Part shown: positions 24,998-32,000 of the stretch, one piece after another
How the letters are laid out: every line of letters starts with the position of its first letter
Numbering within the stretch: position 1 is the stretch's first letter
Source of the DNA: Nanoarchaeum equitans Kin4-M
GTDB taxonomy: Archaea; Nanobdellota; Nanobdellia; Nanobdellales; Nanoarchaeaceae
Assembly (NCBI GenBank): GCA_000008085.1
Contig: AE017199.1
Span: 360,001-392,000 of the forward strand
Direction: 5' to 3'
DNA: 32,000 nt
Notes under the pieces: model-generated
What the model saw: the letters and a program-made list of their open reading frames with translations, nothing else
What the model was told of the DNA's origin: nothing
Database searches by the model: none
Program-made: the position numbers and the translations under genes

Positions 24998-26395
24998 TTA
25001 ATGTTTTTTATGAGAATTTAAAAATTCTAATACCCTTTCTAATGCTCTAATATATGCAGGCCTCGTTATAAATGCCCCAATTATTAAACCTATTAATGTT
25101 GTTAATGCAAAACCTTTCATTAACGATGCAGCAGCAAAGGCCAATGCTATTAATGCTAAACCTGTAGTAACGAATGCTCTAACTATAAATTGTAATGCCT
25201 TCTTTATACCGGTCTTTTTATGTCTAAGTAATTCATCCGTAGAAATAATTAGATAATCTACTCCAGTACCGACAGTTAATAAAATACCTGCTATAGATGC
25301 TATATCTAAAACCCAATTTATGAGAGAAGCAACAACAACAATCAAAAATATTTCAGATAATAATGCTATTCCCATTAGAATTGCTATAATAATAGAAACA
25401 ATTAAGTCTTTATATACTAGGGCGTATCTAACTAATATAAATGCTATAACTGCTATTAGAGCTATAGCTAAATCTTGTAACACATTTTTTAGAAAGGATT
25501 GGCCCGCACTCGGTATTATATTTTCTTCACTAACTATTTCAGGTTTTACAGGGAAAGACCCACTTAATAATATGGTTTGTAAATATTTCATTCTTCCGTA
25601 GGCATTTTTTATCGCATCGATCTTTGTTTCTCCTACTCCAAACCCAGTAATAGAGAACACAGTCGCTTCTTTTCCTTTTAAAGAAGGATCTATATTAAGC
25701 TTAGTTATTAGTTTGTTGTCCAAATAGAAGTCTATTGTTTTATTTAATGTTACTGTACCATTTTTCTCAACTATAGATAAATTTTTAGTTAATAAAGCGA
25801 ATCTTTTTGCTGCATCTTTATCAATCCATACAGCAAACCTATATTGGCATACCCATCCTTCTTTTGAAGGCTTACAAGTTTTTAGATCTACCCCACTACA
25901 GCTCGGGGATAAACATACCCTTATTATGTCTTTCCCGGTATAAACTGTTGTGTTATCAATTTTAGCTTCAAATTTACCTTCTCTTAATATAGATTTTAAT
26001 TTATCCTCTAATTCGGTAGGCAACTCTATAATAATATAATTACCGCTCTTGTATATTCTTACATCGCTTATTCCTAAGCTATTTAATCTCGCTTCCAAAA
26101 CTGTATATACCGCATCTACATCTTCTTTAGTGCCATTAACATACAATATAACCCTTTTCCCTCCTACAATATCGATACCAAATTTTATTTTGCTTTCATA
26201 AACAACCTCTGGATTTTTTATTGTTTTTACGCTATTATTTAATAAAATGGTTGCGTAATGGTCTTTTATTTCCAATGGTTTGTATAATTTGTTATTATAT
26301 TTAACATAAACCTTTGAAGGGAGAGCTAGATATATTAACCCAAAAGCGATAGCAACTATATAAGCTATTAATGGTATATCTCTTAGCTTAATCAT
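24998..26395 (-). CDS. secD: Protein translocase subunit SecD
   Basis: 465 aa; FGIDIVGGKRVILY, LEARLNSLGISDVRI, TVGTGVDYLIISTDELL, AFITRPAYIRALERVL. Confidence 0.92.
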   Translation of the reverse strand: MIKLRDIPLIAYIVAIAFGLIYLALPSKVYVKYNNKLYKPLEIKDHYATILLNNSVKTIKNPEVVYESKIKFGIDIVGGKRVILYVNGTKEDVDAVYTVLEARLNSLGISDVRIYKSGNYIIIELPTELEDKLKSILREGKFEAKIDNTTVYTGKDIIRVCLSPSCSGVDLKTCKPSKEGWVCQYRFAVWIDKDAAKRFALLTKNLSIVEKNGTVTLNKTIDFYLDNKLITKLNIDPSLKGKEATVFSITGFGVGETKIDAIKNAYGRMKYLQTILLSGSFPVKPEIVSEENIIPSAGQSFLKNVLQDLAIALIAVIAFILVRYALVYKDLIVSIIIAILMGIALLSEIFLIVVVASLINWVLDIASIAGILLTVGTGVDYLIISTDELLRHKKTGIKKALQFIVRAFVTTGLALIALAFAAASLMKGFALTTLIGLIIGAFITRPAYIRALERVLEFLNSHKKH

Positions 26396-27147
26396 TGGTT
26401 CTTTTTGTTTTGTTCTTTATTAAGCAATAGCAACAAAGAGCCATTTTGGATCCAGGTATTTATTATATCGAATGTTAGCCCTACTAATAATACTAAGGCC
26501 ATACTTTTTAGTATTTCGTTTTGCGAGAATAATAATATTACTATCAAAGCTATTATGGTTGTTAATGTTAAGGACAACCCAGTAATTAAAGCTTCTTTGT
26601 AATTACCTTCTTCTAATACTTTTTCCGATAGCAATATGTTTGTATCCACAGAATAACCTACAAACATAAATAGACTGGCCAAAGAGGCTATAGAAAATTT
26701 AAATCCTATTAAATTTAGAAAGGCTAAAGTATCTATAACATTAGATACTAAAGCCAATATCGTTAATGCCGGAATCAATGGGTTTTTGAAGAAAAAGAAC
26801 AAAGAAACACCTACTGCCAAAAATGAAAATATAAAAGCACTAATTAGAGATTTATAAAAGTTGGATGCCACTGTAGGTTTGAATTCCCTATAGCTTACAT
26901 TGTATTTAGATTTGATTTTGTTTGCCTCTTCATAAGGTACATCTATTATATAATATTGGTCTGTTTCCTTTATTATTGCATTTTTGAATTCCGTTAAATT
27001 TAATGTTTGGTTTTTTGGAATATAGAATTCTACACCCCCTGCTAAGGAAACATCTTTTTTAATAGGCGAGGGAGAAGTTACAAGAACATATATGCTAAAT
27101 AATAATATAGATAGGCTAAAAGCTAGTCCTATCAATTTCTTTTTCAT
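26392..27147 (-). CDS. secF: Protein translocase subunit SecF
   Basis: 251 aa; DLTIVNVK-type region, SLASLFMFVGYSVDTNILLSEKVL, TTIIALIVILLFS, LLVGLTFDIINTWIQNGSLL; overlaps the secD start. Confidence 0.9.
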   Translation of the reverse strand: MKKKLIGLAFSLSILLFSIYVLVTSPSPIKKDVSLAGGVEFYIPKNQTLNLTEFKNAIIKETDQYYIIDVPYEEANKIKSKYNVSYREFKPTVASNFYKSLISAFIFSFLAVGVSLFFFFKNPLIPALTILALVSNVIDTLAFLNLIGFKFSIASLASLFMFVGYSVDTNILLSEKVLEEGNYKEALITGLSLTLTTIIALIVILLFSQNEILKSMALVLLVGLTFDIINTWIQNGSLLLLLNKEQNKKNQ

Positions 27148-27179
27148 TCACTTTTTATAGGGCTATTATTAAAAATAGT

Positions 27180-28178
27180 ATGAAAAAATTTCAATCTATA
27201 GAATTAAGAGTTTTGCTCGAAGAAAACCCTATCGAGGGTTATATAGAAAAAATATTCTTTTGCGATAACGATTTGGTTATAGCTTATTCTCATAAAGGTA
27301 AAAGATATCTAATAGTAAAACCTGGGTTAGTTTTTTATGGAGAAACCGAGATTATGTGTAACAAAAAGAAAACTAGATTCTCTTTAGTCTTAGAAAAATA
27401 TTTGGAGCACAAAAAAATATTGAATGCCAAAATAATAAATAGTGAAAGACTATTATTGATAGAATTCCAGGACTATAATTTATATATGGAGTTTTACCCT
27501 CCTGGAATTATAGTATTAACTGACAAAAACAATACAATATTGGAAACTAATATAACGAAAAACTTTGGATGGCGTGTTATAGAAAAGGGCAAACCCTATA
27601 TTTATAGGCAATCCCCAAACCCTTTTGATATCGAATCCTTCTATAAGCTAAAAGAGAGTGATAAAAAAGATTTAGTTAGAGCTTTAGCCATAGATTTAGG
27701 TTTCGGTAAAGTTTATGCTAACGAATTGTTATTAAGAACAAACATAGAAAATAAAAGCCCTAAACTTTTAACCGATAAGGAAATAGAGCTTTTGTATAAT
27801 AGTTTTATTGAATTATATAATGATAGGAAACCAGCAATAGTTAATAACGATGTGGTGCCTTTTAATCTATTATATTATAAGGATTATGAAAAAATTTATT
27901 TTCCAACCTATACACAAGCAGTAAAGGAATTTCTAAAAGAGAAAGAAGAGACAAAAATTAAACATATAGAAGAAACAATCAAAAAATTGGAGGAGCTTTA
28001 CAATTATTATAAGGAGATTGGCGATAAACTAATGCAAAACCAGTATTATTTAGAGCAACTAAGGCAAAACATAATTATTGCAGCAAAACAATATGGTTGG
28101 GAAAAAGTGAAAAAATATTTAGAAAGTAGGGGTATTATTGTTAACGAAAAAGAAGGTTATTTTGAAATAGACTTATGA
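27180..28178 (+). CDS. Truncated or short NFACT (Rqc2/FbpA-like) protein lacking the C-terminal NFACT-R region
   Basis: 332 aa; IELRVLLEENPIEGYIEKIFF, FYPPGIIVLTDKNNTILE, AIDLGFGKVYANELLLRTNI, coiled coil, then QYYLEQLRQNIIIAAKQYGWEKVKKYLE and stop. Confidence 0.68.
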   Translation: MKKFQSIELRVLLEENPIEGYIEKIFFCDNDLVIAYSHKGKRYLIVKPGLVFYGETEIMCNKKKTRFSLVLEKYLEHKKILNAKIINSERLLLIEFQDYNLYMEFYPPGIIVLTDKNNTILETNITKNFGWRVIEKGKPYIYRQSPNPFDIESFYKLKESDKKDLVRALAIDLGFGKVYANELLLRTNIENKSPKLLTDKEIELLYNSFIELYNDRKPAIVNNDVVPFNLLYYKDYEKIYFPTYTQAVKEFLKEKEETKIKHIEETIKKLEELYNYYKEIGDKLMQNQYYLEQLRQNIIIAAKQYGWEKVKKYLESRGIIVNEKEGYFEIDL

Positions 28179-29062
28179 AGGGCATAGTATTAAAAGGACC
28201 AGATTATTATCTATCTTATTTCGAACTAAAAAGGGTTGCTAAAGCATATAATGATAAAATAGAAAGAGTATCTAAAAAGTTGGTTTTAGTAAATGATGGG
28301 CAATACTTCGATAGACTGGGCTTATCAAAATATTTGTTCGAAGTAAAAATAATAGAAGAACCAGACAGATTTTATTTAGATAAACCGATAAACCCTATAA
28401 TAATAAAAGAGCAAAATTATAATATATCTAATAGAATTAAAATGGATTTTAAAGGGGAAAAATGGGTTATTGTTAAATCCGACAAAGTTTATGCCGGTCC
28501 CCTATTGAAAATAAATCGAATTCCAAAGGAGCGCTTACCTCATAATAAACCATGTTTCCATCCTTCATCGATAATACCAACTTTGGCTAAAGTTCTTATA
28601 AACTTAACTGGTTTAAAAGAAGGAACAATTTATGATCCTTTTTGCGGTATTGGTGGTATTCTAATAGAAGCAGCATTGATGGGTTTCCAAGTTAAAGGTA
28701 GTGATATAGATGAAAAAATGTTGGAATGTGCGAAACAAAACCTTCTTTATTATGGGATAAAAGAATTCGAATTAGCTAAATGTGATGCTAGAGACTTATG
28801 TTTAGATGGAGATGCCATAGTTACAGACCCCCCATATGGGAGGTATAGCAAAGTGTATGGTAATATTTTAGAACTATACAAAGGTTTTTTGAGCAAAGCG
28901 ATAGAGAAAAATATAAATATAGTCTCTATGCTATATCCAGAATTTTTAAATCCTGAATTGTTTGTACCTAAGGGATATAAAATACTGTTAGATCGGCCAT
29001 GGGTTTCTCCAGGGATAAGAAGGCACTTTTTATTACTTGAAAGGAGAAACAAAAACGAATAA
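28175..29062 (+). CDS. tRNA (guanine-N2) methyltransferase, TrmG10/Trm11 family
   Basis: 295 aa; GTIYDPFCGIGGILIEAALMGFQVKGSDIDEKMLECAKQNL, AIVTDPPYGRYSKVYGN. Confidence 0.85.
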   Translation: MKGIVLKGPDYYLSYFELKRVAKAYNDKIERVSKKLVLVNDGQYFDRLGLSKYLFEVKIIEEPDRFYLDKPINPIIIKEQNYNISNRIKMDFKGEKWVIVKSDKVYAGPLLKINRIPKERLPHNKPCFHPSSIIPTLAKVLINLTGLKEGTIYDPFCGIGGILIEAALMGFQVKGSDIDEKMLECAKQNLLYYGIKEFELAKCDARDLCLDGDAIVTDPPYGRYSKVYGNILELYKGFLSKAIEKNINIVSMLYPEFLNPELFVPKGYKILLDRPWVSPGIRRHFLLLERRNKNE

Positions 29063-29065
29063 ATT

Positions 29066-31411
29066 TTGATTATACAATTTTGTATGAGATCAATTTTAGC
29101 CTTGCTAATTTTAGGGATAGCTTTGTCTATAAAAATACCCTTGTTAGATTCGCTATTCGAATTCGATAAAAACACTGGAGAAATAAGAATAAAAAAGTTA
29201 ATACAAGATTTTGTAAAAATAAATAGTACCGTAAGCTTATTAAGTAACACTAGTATTGGTAAAGGCTCTAAAATAGTAATTGAAAAAGGAGGCAAATTAA
29301 TAGTGCCAAATAAAAACAAAGAAACTATTAAAGTTAAAGCCGAGTACTATATAGAATTCCCTATAGCAAGATGGATACAAAAGGTTACTATACATAATCC
29401 CAACAATTACGCTATAAATAATTATACCTTAATTATTAATATTGATTCAAAATTGGGAAAAGCGAAAGAATTATTCGCAAACTCTGCAAATAGTGAATTA
29501 AAGCAATATCAATATTTTGTTGCATTTGATAGTAAGGAAGTTTTGCCTTTCTGTTATTTAGATAGCGAAGGTTTTTGTACTGATACAGTAACAAATAAAA
29601 TAGCTGTTAAGATTGATGAATTAAAGCCAGGACAAACTTACACATTTTACATTGGTTTAACAAACAAAGATTATTCTTCTCCTCCAAAAGATGTGTTTCT
29701 ATTCTATGCTGATTTTGAAAATGATATAAATAACCTTGCATCGCTTAGAGAGTATTTTGATGTGTATGCAAATAACAACCCTTGTATAACTGCATGGGAT
29801 TCAAATGGTCTTCCTTTGACTTGCGGGGGATATAGCCAAGTTACAACAATTTCACCAAAAGTGAATATTTCATTGGAGACACCATTAGAAATAAAAGTAA
29901 AATACAAAGCAATAAAAATTAGGGATTATGTTGCAGACGGCTTCGCTGTTAGTTTATTTAGGAAATGCTCAACACATAATTCGTTACCTGGAGAATCCTT
30001 AGGAACATGTTACAACAATAATGGTATTATAGTAGAAGAAGACTTCTGGCAAAATTCTGAAGACCCAACTGCTCACCATTTCTCAATAGACTACAACCAT
30101 GTGCATAATATCGTATCCTGGGTTGATTTGGGAAGCTTCATAGATGGCAATAGAACAATGGTTATAAAAATAAAACCCAGTTCAAGAGTTAGAGTAGATG
30201 CGGCTTTGTATTATAATGATAATTGGTATAATATTAGTGCCGAATTGGATAAACCAAATGGAGATGCTATAACATTTTCTGCTGCCACTGGAGGAGAAAT
30301 TTCAAAAGTATACCTAAAGAAAATCGCTATACTAAGAAATGACGATGTTTCAGTTAGTACTTCAATTATTAAGCAACCCGACAATGTTAACTTTGATTAC
30401 CAAATGAATACCACGCTATATACATTCTCTTCTAAATGGGATAGGTTTACTGTAACATTTAATGAATACAGCTCCCTCTATAGATTGGTAAATGACGATA
30501 GTTTAAACATTGCCCCGGGCTGTGTTATGCATTTATATGGATGCAATGACCCATCTTCAATAAAAGTGGGTAAAACAATATTTAAAGTGAAAAACGGGGA
30601 TTATATTAGAATACCATGGGGCACTGAGCCCAGCGATGAACCTAATTCTATTTACGACTATTATATAGATGGTAACAACTTCTTTGATTTAGTAAGTATA
30701 TACGATCTTTCCTGCCCTAGCTCTCCAAAATGTTGGAACAACCCAGCAAGCTATTGTGAAAAAAGAAGAGATAACATATATCCTACATATTGGAATAGCT
30801 ATGTAACTTATGTAAATATAAGAAGCAACGGCAATTGTGGTACTGCTATAAATAATAAGACAACTTATTGGGTTTGCGGAGAAATAATAAAATTCCCATT
30901 TGGTTTGGGAGATTATGAAGAAATCGATTTAAGTTATAGGGCCAAAGAGTATAGATGGAATTCTAATTTTGTATGGTATTTCCCAGGAAAAGAAGTTGCA
31001 GGTTTTGTGGCTTGGAACAACCATAATATAAGGGTTGGCGATATAGATAGTGGGGTACCACATAGCAACATCCGCTATATACAATACTATATTAAATACA
31101 AGAACAATATATTGAGCGTTAGCACATCGCACGGGTTGCCTACTTTTAGCAAATATTATACAGGTAATTTAGATAGACTATATCTAAGAACTGGTACTCA
31201 TATGTGTTCAAGTGAAAGCGGTAGAAACTGGTGGTATATATTCTTTGTTGCAAAAAGGAAAATTGGGGACATAAAAAGTGAAAAACAAGCGCCATTAGTA
31301 TACAAAGTTAAAGTAGGCGGTACTATAGAAGGGGACAAAGATTATGTCAAAAAAATGATAGAAAAATACAAAAACTATGTAAAAAACATAAAAGTATATG
31401 TAGATATCTAG
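29066..31411 (+). CDS. Large secreted or surface protein with DUF2341-like domain
   Basis: 781 aa; N-terminal signal or anchor (ILALLILGIALSIKIPLL), FPIARWIQKVTIHNPNNYAINNYTLIINIDSKL (DUF2341-like), FLFYADFENDINNL (lectin/glucanase-like entry); Cys-containing and Tyr/Asn/Trp-rich. Confidence 0.72.
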   Translation: MIIQFCMRSILALLILGIALSIKIPLLDSLFEFDKNTGEIRIKKLIQDFVKINSTVSLLSNTSIGKGSKIVIEKGGKLIVPNKNKETIKVKAEYYIEFPIARWIQKVTIHNPNNYAINNYTLIINIDSKLGKAKELFANSANSELKQYQYFVAFDSKEVLPFCYLDSEGFCTDTVTNKIAVKIDELKPGQTYTFYIGLTNKDYSSPPKDVFLFYADFENDINNLASLREYFDVYANNNPCITAWDSNGLPLTCGGYSQVTTISPKVNISLETPLEIKVKYKAIKIRDYVADGFAVSLFRKCSTHNSLPGESLGTCYNNNGIIVEEDFWQNSEDPTAHHFSIDYNHVHNIVSWVDLGSFIDGNRTMVIKIKPSSRVRVDAALYYNDNWYNISAELDKPNGDAITFSAATGGEISKVYLKKIAILRNDDVSVSTSIIKQPDNVNFDYQMNTTLYTFSSKWDRFTVTFNEYSSLYRLVNDDSLNIAPGCVMHLYGCNDPSSIKVGKTIFKVKNGDYIRIPWGTEPSDEPNSIYDYYIDGNNFFDLVSIYDLSCPSSPKCWNNPASYCEKRRDNIYPTYWNSYVTYVNIRSNGNCGTAINNKTTYWVCGEIIKFPFGLGDYEEIDLSYRAKEYRWNSNFVWYFPGKEVAGFVAWNNHNIRVGDIDSGVPHSNIRYIQYYIKYKNNILSVSTSHGLPTFSKYYTGNLDRLYLRTGTHMCSSESGRNWWYIFFVAKRKIGDIKSEKQAPLVYKVKVGGTIEGDKDYVKKMIEKYKNYVKNIKVYVDI

Positions 31412-31950
31412 TCTTCTTCAAAAATTTGTCCTTCGAAAACATATACTTCGGTTTTTGGGTCTAACCAACAATCCATTGGTAAGCCTGCTTTTAAGCAGCC
31501 ATAGGATAAAAACTCTTTAGCGTCCCAACCTTCTTCTATAGGAACTTGGGGCAATAATAAACCGGAATATGGGCCCCTTTTAATTATTATACCATGTTTG
31601 CCGATTTTTATTTTTTCCAAATACTCTAATGGGTTATTAACTATTAACTTTCTTGGAGGGGTTAAAACAGTAACCTCAAATTTCACATTATCTAACTCTT
31701 CTTTTTGTAATGGTGGAAACCTTGGATCTTCAAAAGCGGCCATTAAAGCGCTGTATTTTAGGGATTGCCATAGAGGGTATATTGGATATGGTATCCCCAT
31801 ACAACCTCTTAATTGGTTGTCCAAAGTTTTTATCGTTGTAAACGCACCAGCTTTATAGTTTAGTTTTTCTTTTATTTCATCGGGTATTTCGTAATCTTTA
31901 CCTTCTAAAGCGTATTCAACTATTTTTCTCGCTATCTTCGCTAGGTTCAT
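31408..31950 (-). CDS. AMMECR1 domain protein
   Basis: 180 aa; GAFTTIKTLDNQLRGCMGIPYPIYPLWQSLKYSALMAAFEDPRFPPLQKEELDNVKFEVTVLTPP. Confidence 0.92.
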   Translation of the reverse strand: MNLAKIARKIVEYALEGKDYEIPDEIKEKLNYKAGAFTTIKTLDNQLRGCMGIPYPIYPLWQSLKYSALMAAFEDPRFPPLQKEELDNVKFEVTVLTPPRKLIVNNPLEYLEKIKIGKHGIIIKRGPYSGLLLPQVPIEEGWDAKEFLSYGCLKAGLPMDCWLDPKTEVYVFEGQIFEED

Positions 31951-32000
31951 TGTTTTTATTGTCTCCCATATTTAAAGATCTTTTAAGACCATAATAAGCT

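Noticed and set aside
28750-29319. 189-aa minus-strand ORF across the methyltransferase/surface-protein junction
   Set aside because: Low-complexity I/S/L-rich shadow of two better supported plus-strand genes.
1-32000. CRISPR array, transposon, integrase, restriction-modification or toxin-antitoxin system
   Set aside because: No regularly spaced repeats, transposase/integrase motifs, or R-M/TA protein signatures were seen on either strand.

Overview
This 32 kb window is AT-rich and densely packed, and looks like a chromosomal segment of a reduced hyperthermophilic archaeon of Nanoarchaeota/DPANN type (lineage is inferred, not searched). It carries core informational genes: glycyl-tRNA synthetase, PolD large subunit DP2, a GINS51-like protein, Hjc, RadA, RfcL, RNA polymerase A'', L3 and L39e. 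It also carries SecD/SecF, a signal peptidase, a T4SS/T2SS-like ATPase, and several short or unknown proteins. No CRISPR array or mobile element was seen. The most interesting signals are largely absent from the ORF track. (1) A stand-alone 3' half of a split tRNA-Lys(CUU), broken inside the anticodon stem. It has its own TATA box and a GC-rich leader, and lies antisense to the 3' end of a DUF99 gene. (2) Three or four C/D-box guide sRNAs embedded at gene ends. One D' guide is a perfect 12-nt complement of the archaeal 16S rRNA 3' terminus (GCUGGAUCACCU), and another matches the conserved 23S segment AGUAGCGGC. (3) A reverse gyrase reduced to its helicase half. (4) A 46-aa C2H2 zinc-finger microprotein missing from the ORF track. 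(5) Shortened NFACT and DUF460 proteins. (6) Very compact divergent leaderless promoters. (7) A large putative surface protein.
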